Assembly (NCBI GenBank): GCA_963779415.1
Contig: CAVZYA010000001.1
Span: forward strand, 800,001 to 864,000
Direction: 5' to 3'
Source of the DNA: an uncultured Acidobacteriota bacterium
Lineage (GTDB): Bacteria; Acidobacteriota; Thermoanaerobaculia; UBA5066
Length of the DNA stretch: 64,000 bases
The notes under the pieces are model-generated. The model saw only the letters and a list, made by a program, of their open reading frames with translations. It was not told where the DNA came from and made no database searches. Positions 49,124 to 59,303 of this stretch are shown here, in pieces (the stretch's first letter is position 1; each line of letters begins with the position of its first letter). The translations under genes and the position numbers were made by a program.

Positions 49124-50410
49124 GTGGCGAACCGTCGAGCACGACGTCCCCTGCAGCTTGTACCGGGTCTTCAGCCGAAGGACCCGATCGGCCGGCCTTC
49201 CGCTCCCGTCCGGGGCCGCCTGGCCGTCGCATGCGCCGGGGGCGGCGTGACGGGCGCCATTTACGAGATCGGCGTCCTCGCGGCCCTCGAGGAGCGCCTC
49301 GAGAACGCCTCGCTGACCGACTTCGACGTCTTCATCGGCGTGTCCGCGGGCGCCTATATCAGCGCCCTCCTGGCCAACGGCATCACGCCCGGCGTCCTCT
49401 ACCGGAACGTCACGCGAGCCGCCCGGTCCCGGACCGACATCGACGACCTCGCCCTTTTCCGTCTCAACACCCAGGAGATCCTGCTCCGCCTCGTGAAGGC
49501 GCCGGTCACGATCCTCGACGCGGCCTGGGACTACTACAAGAACAGTCACGAAACGACCCTCACCGACGTCGTCTCGTCTCTCGGGGCGCTCCTCCCCTCC
49601 GGTATCTTCAGCAACGAGGGACTGGAGTCCTGGCTCGCGACGTGGCTCGACCATCCGGGCCGGACGAACGACTTCCGGAAGCTGAAGAAGACCCTCCGGA
49701 TCGTCGCCGTCGACCTCAACACCGGCGAGGCCGCCACGTTCGGCGCGCCCGGACTCGACGCCGTCCCGATCTCGAAGGCCGTCGCCGCCTCGTGCGCCGT
49801 TCCCGGTCTCTACAAGCCGGTCCGGATCGACGGCGTCGACTACATCGACGGGGGCGTCCGTAAGACGGCTCACCTCTCCCTCGCGTTCCAGGAACGCTGC
49901 GGGCTGGCGATCTGCGTGAACCCGATCGTCCCTCTCCGCTTCCTCCCGCCGGGCGAAGCGTCCGGCACGAACGGACGGAGCGATCTGAAGCAGGGAGGCC
50001 TCGCGACGATTTTCGATCAGGTGTTCCGCGTGACCCTCCATTCGAGGATGAACTACGGGATGTCGCGCTACCGGCGCGAAGACCCCGAAGCCGACATCCT
50101 CCTGTTCGAGCCGCGGGCGGAGGATCTTCCCCGGGTCATGCGGAACATCATGCGCACGTCCGGCCGGATCCGGATCGCCGAGTACGCCTATCGGACGACG
50201 ATGCAGACGATCGAAGCCGATTACCCCCGGCTCCGGCGGCTCTTCGCCCGCCACGGGCTGAAGCTCCGGCCGGCCTCGGCCGTCGACGGCTCTCGAATCA
50301 ACCTTCAGGCCGACCGCTCCGAGGAGGCCGTTCCCGTCCGCCTCCGGGCGCAGCTCGAGACGCTGGAGCAGGACCTCAACAGGCTGGCGGCCGACGCCGG
50401 ACGGCGCTGA
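49124..50410 (+). CDS. Patatin-like phospholipase/esterase
   Basis: GGGVTG oxyanion loop, GVSAG nucleophile, DGG. Confidence 0.9.
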   Translation: MANRRARRPLQLVPGLQPKDPIGRPSAPVRGRLAVACAGGGVTGAIYEIGVLAALEERLENASLTDFDVFIGVSAGAYISALLANGITPGVLYRNVTRAARSRTDIDDLALFRLNTQEILLRLVKAPVTILDAAWDYYKNSHETTLTDVVSSLGALLPSGIFSNEGLESWLATWLDHPGRTNDFRKLKKTLRIVAVDLNTGEAATFGAPGLDAVPISKAVAASCAVPGLYKPVRIDGVDYIDGGVRKTAHLSLAFQERCGLAICVNPIVPLRFLPPGEASGTNGRSDLKQGGLATIFDQVFRVTLHSRMNYGMSRYRREDPEADILLFEPRAEDLPRVMRNIMRTSGRIRIAEYAYRTTMQTIEADYPRLRRLFARHGLKLRPASAVDGSRINLQADRSEEAVPVRLRAQLETLEQDLNRLAADAGRR

Positions 50411-50419
50411 CCCCGGCGC

Positions 50420-51100
50420 TCAGAGTTCGCCTCCCCCCGCGATCTCCTCGATCCGGTCCACCTCGAAGACGTGCGCCCCGGCGATTGCCTGCCGCGCGAC
50501 CGCGACCATCGCCTTCGCGACGTCGGCGGCCGCGACCGCCCGGAACCGGCGGAGGGGGCCCACCATGGCGAATGAGAGGGCGGAGACTGCCGCCACGCCG
50601 ATCCGTTCGAGGGGACGATTCTCCGCCCGCTTCCCGGCGAGAAGCGAGGGACGGAAGATCTGGATCCCGGCGAACGGAAGCTTCCGGACGGCCTCTTCGG
50701 CCTCGCCCTTCACACGGCTGTAAAAGAGGTTCGAAGAGGGATCGGCTCCGAGCGCGCTGACGAGGAGAAACTGCTGTGCGCCGCTGACCGCCGCAAGGCG
50801 CGCCGTCTCGGCGACATAGGTGAAATCCACCTTGTGAAACTCGCGCTGCGATCCGGCCGCGGCGATCGTCGTGCCGAGAGCGCAGAAGACGTCCGTCACG
50901 CGCGGGAATCCGGAAAGCTGGCCGAGCCGGTCGAAGTCGACCAGCCGGGCGACGAGCTTCGGATGGGTCCCCGGAACCCGGCGTCTCGCCAGGACGACGA
51001 CCTGACTCCAGGTGTCGTCCTCGAGAAGAAGCCGGAGGCAGTGCCCGCCGACGAGTCCCGTCGCCCCCACGAGCAGGGCGGTCCGGCGGGAGCGTGTCAC
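50420..51100 (-). CDS. NAD(P)-binding atypical SDR (YraR/TIP30-like)
   Basis: GATGLVG, FCALGTT..AAGS, VSALGA, YSRVKGE.E, RPSLL. Confidence 0.88.
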   Translation of the reverse strand: MTRSRRTALLVGATGLVGGHCLRLLLEDDTWSQVVVLARRRVPGTHPKLVARLVDFDRLGQLSGFPRVTDVFCALGTTIAAAGSQREFHKVDFTYVAETARLAAVSGAQQFLLVSALGADPSSNLFYSRVKGEAEEAVRKLPFAGIQIFRPSLLAGKRAENRPLERIGVAAVSALSFAMVGPLRRFRAVAAADVAKAMVAVARQAIAGAHVFEVDRIEEIAGGGEL

Positions 51101-52245
51101 TCGCCCGTAAAGAGATCCCCTCGGCGGGTCAGGCGCGAGTCGATCATGGTCTGAAGAGTCGTTCGGACCTTGTCGGCGAGCTCGTTAACGATCATCGGCC
51201 GCTCCGCGAGACCCGGCTGGCGGTCGAAGACGATCGGCTTTCCGAAATCGATCCACCATTTCGTCGGGAGCGGGACCGTCCCGAGAAGCCCGAGCGCAGG
51301 GAAGAACGGCGTGACGGGAAAGTACGGAAGGCCGATCGGCCGTCCGACGAAGTCGAGCCTCATGAGGTTCGGGTAGATTTCCTCCGCCCCGACGACGGAG
51401 ACCGGAATGATCGGCGCTCCCGTCCGGAGCGCCAGCCGGACGAACCCGCCGCGGCCGAAGCGCGCGAGGCGGTACCGGTCGCGGAAGAGCTTCCCTACCC
51501 CCTTGATCCCTTCCGGAAAGACGCCCACCAGCTCGTCGCGCGCGAGAAGACGCTCGGCGTTCTCGGGGCACGCCCGGACCTCCCCCATTTGACGAAGCCA
51601 CGGCTGGAGGAACGGAAGCGTCGTGAACATGTCGAGGACCAGCATCCTCGCCTCGCGACGCGAGGGATGCTCGAGCCTCAGCCCCGTCTTGACCATTGCT
51701 CCGTCCCACGGCAGGACGCCCGAGTGGTTCGCGACGAGAAGCGCGCGGCCCGTCCCGGGGACGTTCTCAAAACCGGAGGAGGTGACGCGCCACCAGACCC
51801 GGTAGAGAAACTCGAAGAGGGGCCACCAGGTCTTCGCGGCCGGTTCGTCGAAGCCGAAGTCGTCGAGGTCCAGCGTCCGGGCGCGGTGGCGGAAGAGATT
51901 CCAGAGGTCGACGGCCGAACGGGGTGAGTCGACCGAAGGGTGGTCCCGCACGAATCGGGCGGCCTCGCCGAGCAGTTCGGCGAGGAATCCTTCCGGCAGC
52001 CGGTCGAGAAGGCTCGGCGTGAAGGGGACCGCCCGCGGCGAACGCTCTCCGACATGGCGCGGGCGCGCCGTCAGATGCTCCGAGGGGCGCCGCGGAAGGG
52101 TCGCCGGCCTCCGGACCGGGGGGGACGCCGGGGCTTCCGGCGGGGAGATCGGCGTCTTCGGCTGGAGGAGCTTCGACCCCTCGAACGGATCGTCCGATCC
52201 CGGATCCGGCGCGCCCGCGGCGCGCCTTCCTGCCGCCTCGCTCAC
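51097..52245 (-). CDS. Lysophospholipid acyltransferase family protein (PlsC-like)
   Basis: DDFGFD, LLVANHSGVLPWD (HxxxxxD variant), FPEG, FGRGGFV, PLPTKW; GTG overlapping upstream stop. Confidence 0.88.
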   Translation of the reverse strand: MSEAAGRRAAGAPDPGSDDPFEGSKLLQPKTPISPPEAPASPPVRRPATLPRRPSEHLTARPRHVGERSPRAVPFTPSLLDRLPEGFLAELLGEAARFVRDHPSVDSPRSAVDLWNLFRHRARTLDLDDFGFDEPAAKTWWPLFEFLYRVWWRVTSSGFENVPGTGRALLVANHSGVLPWDGAMVKTGLRLEHPSRREARMLVLDMFTTLPFLQPWLRQMGEVRACPENAERLLARDELVGVFPEGIKGVGKLFRDRYRLARFGRGGFVRLALRTGAPIIPVSVVGAEEIYPNLMRLDFVGRPIGLPYFPVTPFFPALGLLGTVPLPTKWWIDFGKPIVFDRQPGLAERPMIVNELADKVRTTLQTMIDSRLTRRGDLFTGE

Positions 52246-53456
52246 GACGCCGCCTCCGAGAGCTCCCCGTGCCCGGAATCCCGCCGCCGCTCCCGGCGCG
52301 TCAACGGCACCGCGGCAGAAGCCCTCGTGATGCCCTCCGGGCCCGGCGGCTTGACGCGGAAGTCGTAATGGAAGTTCGCCGTCCGGGCGATCTCGAAGAG
52401 TTTTTCGAAGTCGAGGAGCCCCGTGCCGCCACGCCGCGCCTCCGCGACCTCGAGGACGACGTCGAGGGTGCTCCTCTGCGGCGCAAAGCCGAGGACTCGC
52501 CGCGCCTTCCGGTTGTCGGCAACGCAGAGATACCGGAGATAGTGCGCGTGGATTCCCGGCATCAGCCCGACGCCCATCTCCCACACCGTCTCGTAGAGGG
52601 CATACGCGAGAGCGTGGGGAACGGGGAGGGAGAGCGACCCGAAGAGGAGGCGGGCCGTCGAGATCGGCAGGACCCCTTCCGGCGCGATGTTGAAGGCCCC
52701 CGTCGCCTCCGGGCGGTCGAGGGAAAGGAGGATCGCCTGCACGGCGTCGTCCGTGTGGAGGGCCTGGAAGAGCGGGTCGTACCCCATCAGGCTCACCGAA
52801 ACGGGCGCGGCCAGGGTCTTCGCCCGGTAGTCGCGCACGTCGGCCGACATGAACGGCGCGAAACGGAGGATCGTCACTTTCGCTTCCGGATGGCGCCGGG
52901 CGTGCGAGCGCGCGTGCCCTTCGGCCTCGACGAAATCGCGGACGAAGCGGTCGGCCGGATCGGGCCTCAGGGGATGCTCTTCGGTCAAATGGTTCGGGTT
53001 GTCGCCCCGCGCCCCGTAGACGAGCGTCGTGGAGCCGAGAATGATGCGGTTCACCTTCGTCTCGCCGGCCGCGGCGAGAACGTGAAGTGATCCGATGGCG
53101 TTCAGCTCGTGGACGTAGGTTTCATGCCGGGACGGGCTCCGGATCTGCGCGAGGTGGACGATCGCGTCCGGACGCTCCTCGAGGAGCATCTTGTAGACCG
53201 TCCCGTCGGCGTGCGGGAGGTTCAGGTCGAGGAAGCGGTGGCGAACGTCGGGAGGGGCATCGGGCGGCGGGACGAGGTCGAGGACGACGATCTCGTGTGT
53301 CTCCCGGGCCGCCAGGGCGCGGACGAGCCGGGCGCCGAGCGGCCCCGCGCCTCCCGTGACGACGAGCCTCGGTCGCCGCGGTCCCGGCGTGAACTCCACG
53401 ACGCGCCCCGCGGGGCGGCGCCGCCTGCGCCCCTTCTCCGATGCGGTCTCGGGCAT
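52242..53456 (-). CDS. NAD-dependent epimerase/dehydratase-like extended SDR
   Basis: VVTGGAGPLG, N.IGS, STTLVYGA..DNP, GYDPLFQ.LH.DD. Confidence 0.85.
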   Translation of the reverse strand: MPETASEKGRRRRRPAGRVVEFTPGPRRPRLVVTGGAGPLGARLVRALAARETHEIVVLDLVPPPDAPPDVRHRFLDLNLPHADGTVYKMLLEERPDAIVHLAQIRSPSRHETYVHELNAIGSLHVLAAAGETKVNRIILGSTTLVYGARGDNPNHLTEEHPLRPDPADRFVRDFVEAEGHARSHARRHPEAKVTILRFAPFMSADVRDYRAKTLAAPVSVSLMGYDPLFQALHTDDAVQAILLSLDRPEATGAFNIAPEGVLPISTARLLFGSLSLPVPHALAYALYETVWEMGVGLMPGIHAHYLRYLCVADNRKARRVLGFAPQRSTLDVVLEVAEARRGGTGLLDFEKLFEIARTANFHYDFRVKPPGPEGITRASAAVPLTRRERRRDSGHGELSEAAS

Positions 53457-53460
53457 GAAG

Positions 53461-53742
53461 CTACTTCTTCTTGCTCCGCCGGGCCGGGGCCGCCTTCGCC
53501 TTGAGATCGGCGATCTCGGCCTCGAGGAGGGCGAGACGGTGTTCGAGGCGGCCCACTTCCTTCCGCGTCGCGAGGTTCATCGTCTTGAGCACCTCCGCGA
53601 CCCGGCCGTCCACCTCTTCCTTGACGGCGACGCCTTTTTTCAGGACCTCGATGAAGGCCGGGTTCGCCATGAGGCGGTTCGAGATCTCGGTCAGAAACTC
53701 CTCGCCACGGGACTTGAGCTGGGAGAACAGCGCTTCGACCAT
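53461..53742 (-). CDS. Small phasin-like coiled-coil protein
   Basis: 93 aa; L..MNLATRKEV..L..RL..LE motif parallel to that of 48654-49052; basic tail. Confidence 0.7.
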   Translation of the reverse strand: MVEALFSQLKSRGEEFLTEISNRLMANPAFIEVLKKGVAVKEEVDGRVAEVLKTMNLATRKEVGRLEHRLALLEAEIADLKAKAAPARRSKKK

Positions 53743-53780
53743 TTTTCGCCTCCCTGCGGACGGCTGCTAGAGTGGGGATT

Positions 53781-54221
53781 ATGGCTCCTTTCACGAGCCC
53801 TGCGGAATTCCGCCGGATCTTCGACGAACTCTTCACTCTCCTCTCGCGGGACCGGGAGACGGGCCCCCGTCTCCGGGCCCGGCACTGCCCCCAGCGGTAT
53901 CTCTTCCCCGACGTCGGCGAGGTCCTGAACGTCCGGGACGCCGACGAGAAGAGAGCGAAGAAGGGGGACCATCTCGTCTGGGTCTGGGGGGACGCGAAAC
54001 GGACCTGGGAGCCGAAAGTGACGCTGGAGATGACTTCGGAGATCGCGAACCGCTACTTCCAGGGAAGGGAAAACGTCCCGCTCGCGGCGGCAAGGGGACG
54101 GATCCGGATCGTCGACGGAGACCTGCGGGACGTGCTCGACCTCCTCCCGATCGTCCTCCCCTTCCACCCGAAGTGGGTTCGCCACCTCCGTTCCGCCGGG
54201 CATTTCCACCTCATCGTCTGA
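53781..54221 (+). CDS. SCP2 sterol/lipid-carrier domain protein
   Basis: VTLEMTSEIANRYFQGRENVPLAAARGRIRI.G; size and context fit SCP2. Confidence 0.7.
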   Translation: MAPFTSPAEFRRIFDELFTLLSRDRETGPRLRARHCPQRYLFPDVGEVLNVRDADEKRAKKGDHLVWVWGDAKRTWEPKVTLEMTSEIANRYFQGRENVPLAAARGRIRIVDGDLRDVLDLLPIVLPFHPKWVRHLRSAGHFHLIV

Positions 54222-54223
54222 AC

Positions 54224-56203
54224 GTGAGCGACGACGGGGTCCTTCCGGGCGGGCTCTTCGACCGGAGGCTCCTCGTGGTGTCGGGAAAGGGGGGCGTCGG
54301 CAAGACGACGGTCGCGTCGGCTCTCGCCGCCCTCCCGGCCCGGAAGGGGCGGCGCGTCCTCCTCGTCTCTGAAGGCGGCCGCGGAGACGCGGCCCCGCTC
54401 TTCGGCAAGGCCGATCGGGGCTATGTCGAAGCCGAGCTCGCCTCTTCGCTCCACGGCCTGACGGCGGACTTCGACTCGCTCCTTTCGGATTTCGTCCGGA
54501 CGGTCGCGCCGCTGGCCGTCGTCGCGGACCGGATCCTCGCCTCCTCGACCTTCCGCTACTTCACGCGTGCCACGCCGGGTCTGGCCGACCTCCTCCTCCT
54601 CGGCAAGATCCGCGAGCTCCTCAAGCGGACGAAAGGCTCGCGGAAAGCCCCCGCATACGACCTCATCGTCCTCGACGCGCCGGCCACGGGCCACGCCCTC
54701 TCGCTCGTGAAGATCCCGCGGGCGATCCTCGCGACGACGCCGGCCGGCCCGCTCCGCCGGATCGCCGCGGACCTCGACCGGCTCCTCGCGGACCCGGAAG
54801 CCTCGGCGCTCGTCGTCGTGGCCGAGCCGGCCGAGTTCGCCGCCCGCGAAGCCGAGGAGCTTTCGGCCGCGGCGCAGGCGGAGTCGGGCCTCGTGACCGC
54901 CCTCGTCGTCGTGAACCGGATCGGCCGGAGCGGGCGGCCCGAGACGCTGCCCGACACCTCGGCGCCCGTTCTCCGGATGCCCGAGATCGCCTGGGACGCG
55001 GAGGACGACACGGCGCGGCCGACGCGTCACGCAAAGCTCGAAGAGCACGATTCTTCTAAAGGAAATGAGGGACCGAAAACCGCCTCCGCCGCGGCGTTCT
55101 TCGAGGAGTTTCTCTTCACCTTCGAAGAAAACGCAGCCGCGCCGAAGCGAAAGGTCCGGGGCGCGGCGCCGGCCCATCGACCCGAACGGGAAGCAGCAAA
55201 ATCCTTCTCCCGGATTTCTACCGATCATTTTCCGCGTCCGCTCGATCTCGCCCCGTGGCTCGACGAGGCTCCGCTCATCGTCCTCGCGGGGCCCGGCGGC
55301 GTCGGCAAGACGACGCTCTCGGCCGCCGTCGGGATCGCCGCGGCGCGCCGCGGGCGCCGCGTCCTCGTCCTGACCGTCGACCCGGCCCGCCGGCTCGCGC
55401 AGGCTCTCGGACTCCCGGAGACGAAGACGCCGCCGGCGCGGCCGACCCCGGTACCCCTCGCCGGGCTGCCGAGAGGGGCCTCACTCGAGGCGCTCCAGAT
55501 CGACCCGAAGGCCACCTTCGAGCGGCTCCTCGCGCGCGTCGCCTCCCCCTCCGCGCTCGAGAGGATCCACCGGAACCGGCTCTACGCCGGCCTCGTCGAC
55601 TCCCTTCCCGGCGTCCTCGAGTACATGGGGGTCGAGGCGCTGCACGAGCACGTCTCCGACGAGGGGATCGACCTGCTCGTTCTCGACACGCCTCCCGCGG
55701 CCCGCGGCCTCGACTTCCTCGCCGCGCCCGGCCGGATGGTGGAGCTGCTCGAGAACGACGCTCTCCGCTGGTTCCTCCGGAGCGACTCGCTCCTCTCGCG
55801 CGCGCTCTCCGGCGCCTCGCGCGGGGCCGCCGCCGTCCTGAAGCTGGCCGACAACGTCCTCGGCTTCGGCTTCCTTTCGGACCTCGGCGATTTCTTCCGC
55901 GCCTTCGACGGTCTCTACGACGGTTTCCGGGAGCGGAGCCGCGTGATCTCCGCGATGCTCCTCTCCGGCCGGTATCTCGTCGTCTCGTCCCCCGACTCCT
56001 CGCCCCTCGCCGGCGCGGGGGGGACGGCGGAGGCTCTCCTTTCGCGCGGCGTCACGCCCGCGCTCCTCCTCAACCGCGTCCGGCAGGGACGGGCGCTCCC
56101 GGAGCTGCCGCGCCCGCTGGACGGGCTGCGCGTCCGCGCGCTCGCCGAGAGCGACCTCCCCGCCGCGGCCCTTCCCGAGGCGCTCGCCGCGCTCCTCGCC
56201 TGA
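54224..56203 (+). CDS. Tandem-fused ArsA/Get3-family ATPase
   Basis: Domain 1 SGKGGVGKTT, DAPATGH; domain 2 GPGGVGKTT, TVDPARRLAQALG, DTPP...LDFL.AP; no Cys in the protein. Confidence 0.88.
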   Translation: MSDDGVLPGGLFDRRLLVVSGKGGVGKTTVASALAALPARKGRRVLLVSEGGRGDAAPLFGKADRGYVEAELASSLHGLTADFDSLLSDFVRTVAPLAVVADRILASSTFRYFTRATPGLADLLLLGKIRELLKRTKGSRKAPAYDLIVLDAPATGHALSLVKIPRAILATTPAGPLRRIAADLDRLLADPEASALVVVAEPAEFAAREAEELSAAAQAESGLVTALVVVNRIGRSGRPETLPDTSAPVLRMPEIAWDAEDDTARPTRHAKLEEHDSSKGNEGPKTASAAAFFEEFLFTFEENAAAPKRKVRGAAPAHRPEREAAKSFSRISTDHFPRPLDLAPWLDEAPLIVLAGPGGVGKTTLSAAVGIAAARRGRRVLVLTVDPARRLAQALGLPETKTPPARPTPVPLAGLPRGASLEALQIDPKATFERLLARVASPSALERIHRNRLYAGLVDSLPGVLEYMGVEALHEHVSDEGIDLLVLDTPPAARGLDFLAAPGRMVELLENDALRWFLRSDSLLSRALSGASRGAAAVLKLADNVLGFGFLSDLGDFFRAFDGLYDGFRERSRVISAMLLSGRYLVVSSPDSSPLAGAGGTAEALLSRGVTPALLLNRVRQGRALPELPRPLDGLRVRALAESDLPAAALPEALAALLA

Positions 56204-57737
56204 TCAGGCGAGGGACGCGAGAAGGTCGGAGAGCCCTTCCTCAAGGACGTCTCGCGCCCCTTCGATCGCCGGCGCGGCCGTCCGGTCCGCGTCCCAGAAG
56301 GGGACCTTCGCGCGGAGGCGCCGGTGGGCCTCCTCGAGAACGGCCGAGGTCCGGAGCGGGCGCCGAAGGTCGATCGCCTGGGCCGCGGCGAGGTACTCGA
56401 TCGCGAGGACCGTCTCCAGCATCTCCACGTTCCGGGCGAGCTTCCGCGCCGCGATGGGACCCATCGAGACGTGGTCTTCCTTCCCGGCCGAGGTCGGAAT
56501 CGAGTCGACCGAGGCCGGAAAAGAGTTCGTCTTGCACTCCGAGACGAGGGCCGCCGCCGTCACGTGGATCATCATGAGCCCGGAGTTCAGTCCTCCCTCC
56601 GTCACGAGGAAGGCCGGGAGGTCCCCCGAGAGGGCGGGGTTCACGAGACGCTCCGTCCGCCGCTCCGAGATCGAAGCGAGGTCGGTCGCGGCCGCGGTGA
56701 GCAGGTCGAAGACCAGCGCCACCGGCGCCGCGTGGAAGTTCCCGCCCGAGATCACTTCGCCCTGCCCCGTCGACCCCCCCGGGAAGACCATCGGGTTGTC
56801 CGTGGCCGCGTTCATCTCGATCTCCACCACGCGCCGCGCATGGCAGACGGCGTCCCGGACGGCGCCGTGGACCTGCGGCACGCAGCGGAGCGCATAGGCG
56901 TCCTGCACGGCGTGGCAGTCGCGGTGACTCTCTCGGATCGTGGATCCCGCGAGGAGAAGCCGCAGGTTCGCGGCCGAGGCGGTCTGCCCGGGGTGCGGGC
57001 GTGCCGCCTGGATCCGCGCGTCGAACGCGGCGTCCGTCCCCTTGAGCGCGTCGACCGTCATCGCCGCGACGAGATCGGCCGAGGGAAGAAGCGCGAGGAG
57101 ACGCGCGAGGGCGAGCGCCCCGACGGCCGTCGTCAGCTGCGTGCCGTTGATCAGGGCCAGCCCCTCCTTCGCCTCCAGTACGGCGGGCGCAAGCCCGGCC
57201 TCGCGGAGCGCCTCCGCGGCCCCGTGCCGCTTCCCGCGGTAGACCACCTCGCCTTCGCCGACGAGCGCGAGGGCGAGGTGGGCGAGGGGCGCGAGATCGC
57301 CCGAGGCTCCGACCGAACCCTGCGACGGGATCACGGGGTGGACGTCCGCGTTCAGGAGGGCGACGAGCGCCTCGAGCGTGGCGCGCCGGACCCCCGAGTA
57401 CCCTTTAGCCAGGCAGTTCGCCCGGAGAAGCATCAGCGCGCGGACGGCCTCCTCGGGAATCGGCTCGCCGACGCCGGCCGCGTGACTCCGGACGAGGTTC
57501 CGCTGCAGCTCGGCGAGCTTCCCGTGCGGGATGACGACGTCGGCGAACTTCCCGAAGCCGGTCGTCACGCCGTAGACAACGCGGTCCTCCGCAATGGCGC
57601 GCTCGATGACGGCCCGGCGCCGCCTCGACGCGCGCGACGGCCTCCGGCGAGAGCGCGACGCGTTCGTGCCGCCGCGCGACGGCGACGAGGTCCTCGAGGG
57701 TCAGATGATCACCGGTGAGCAGAATGGTGCCGGTCAC
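56204..57737 (-). CDS. hutH: Histidine ammonia-lyase, frameshift near 57618
   Basis: VYGVTTGFG, SHAAGVG, GSVGASGDLAPL (MIO), QDAYALRC, SGGNFH, EDHVSMG; N-terminal 40 aa in a different frame. Confidence 0.92.
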
Positions 57738-57767
57738 GCCCTCCGATTCTCGCAGACGCGCGTCCCC

Positions 57768-59213
57768 CTAGCCGGGCGGGCGGTAGCGCGGCACGAGTTC
57801 CTCGACGGATGCCGAGCGCGAGATCAGGTCCGTCCACGCCGTCGTTTCGAACCACTCCCGAAAGAGCCGACGGGCTCCATCGCCGCCGAGGAGCGCCGCC
57901 CGCGCGGCTAGGTCCGACGCGCGGCCTCCGCGCTCCCGGCTCTCGGCGATAAAGCCTCGGAGGATCGCGTCGAAGGTCTCGTCGCCGACCGTCTGGTGAA
58001 GGAGGTAGAAGAGAAGACCTCCGACCGTGTAGGAGTAGTCGGTCATGTCCTCCTTCCCGTAATCGCGCATCGGCACGCGTCCGAGCCGGGGGTCCGCGCC
58101 GAGCTTCCCCCGGAGGAACGCGGCCAGCCGGTCCGCGCGCTCCCGGACGCTCCCCCGTCCATCCAGCCGCTCCGCGAGGAGGTCCTCGAGAAACGTCGCG
58201 AGGCCCTCGTTCCACCGGCTGTCCGGACGGTCGAGCGACGGCGGGTTCCAGAGATGCGTCAGCTCGTGGTACAGCTCCCGCGTCCTCGCCGGATCCCGGA
58301 AAGCCGCGGCCGACTGGATGATCGCCGCCTCGCTCGCCTGCGAGCCCCATCCGTCCGGAATCTCGATGACGGCGAGCCCGCCGGCGCCGGGACGCGGGCC
58401 GAACCGGCGCTCGAGGTCTGCGAGCCCGGCCGTCCCCGCCTTGAGGAGCCGCTCGGCGCCGGGCGCGTCGCCGGGGAGGGAGTAGATCCGGAGCGGCGCC
58501 TTTTCGACGATCGTGTAACGCGCGATCGCGAAGTCCAGACGCCAGGCAGGCCGGACGCCACGGTAGACGGACGTCGTCCATCCATCCTTCGTCACGCGCT
58601 CGACGAGTTCCCCGCCCGAGGCGACGACGTGCGTGGACGGTACGGTGATCCGGGCGGCCCAGTCGAACGTAGGGAGTCCCGCCTCACGGCGGCCCCGGTT
58701 CGAGGCCGGGCCGACCGTCGGATAGGCCTCGCCGTCCTCTCTCACGATCGTGAACTCCTCCGAGATCCGGTCCTTGATGTAAAGGGAACCGGTCTCGACA
58801 TAGCCGGCGAGGAATCCCCCGTAAGCGATCTCCACCGCCGCCGTCTCGCCCGGTGCGAGGGGCTGCGGGAGCGCGACGACGGCGCGTGTGACCTGTTTGC
58901 GCGGCTCGTCCTCGAAGGCGATGACCTGCTGCGTGAACGGCAGCGGGGCGCCGCCGCAGTCCCGGACGCCCTGGACGGTCAGGAGGCGGTAGAGGAGAAA
59001 CGGGAGTTCCCGGGCCGGGGCGGTCCCATCGTTCCGGACCGTCAGCCGCGCCGTTCCGTCCAGGCGCTCTTCGGCCAGATCCACGCGAAGATCCAGCTCC
59101 GTGCGGAGAGTCCGGAACCGCTCGGCCGGCCCGGAGACCCCGGGCACCGCCGAAACAGCCGGCTCCGCAGCCAGGAGAATGGCCGCGACCGCGAGGAAAG
59201 CAATCGGCGACAT
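57768..59213 (-). CDS. Secreted M1-like (gluzincin) metallopeptidase
   Basis: Signal peptide, HELTHLW...WNEGLA, Y..G..Y.L....GDE.F. Confidence 0.8.
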   Translation of the reverse strand: MSPIAFLAVAAILLAAEPAVSAVPGVSGPAERFRTLRTELDLRVDLAEERLDGTARLTVRNDGTAPARELPFLLYRLLTVQGVRDCGGAPLPFTQQVIAFEDEPRKQVTRAVVALPQPLAPGETAAVEIAYGGFLAGYVETGSLYIKDRISEEFTIVREDGEAYPTVGPASNRGRREAGLPTFDWAARITVPSTHVVASGGELVERVTKDGWTTSVYRGVRPAWRLDFAIARYTIVEKAPLRIYSLPGDAPGAERLLKAGTAGLADLERRFGPRPGAGGLAVIEIPDGWGSQASEAAIIQSAAAFRDPARTRELYHELTHLWNPPSLDRPDSRWNEGLATFLEDLLAERLDGRGSVRERADRLAAFLRGKLGADPRLGRVPMRDYGKEDMTDYSYTVGGLLFYLLHQTVGDETFDAILRGFIAESRERGGRASDLAARAALLGGDGARRLFREWFETTAWTDLISRSASVEELVPRYRPPG

Positions 59214-59303
59214 GACCACCTCCGCCGGGACCAGGTCCCGACAGGATACGGTGCCTCCGGCGGCAAGGTTACGGCGCGCCACGGCCTCGGTTAACATCGT
59301 CTC

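Noticed and set aside
54224-56203. Arsenic resistance ATPase ArsA
   Set aside because: No cysteines and no ars genes nearby; lipid-related context
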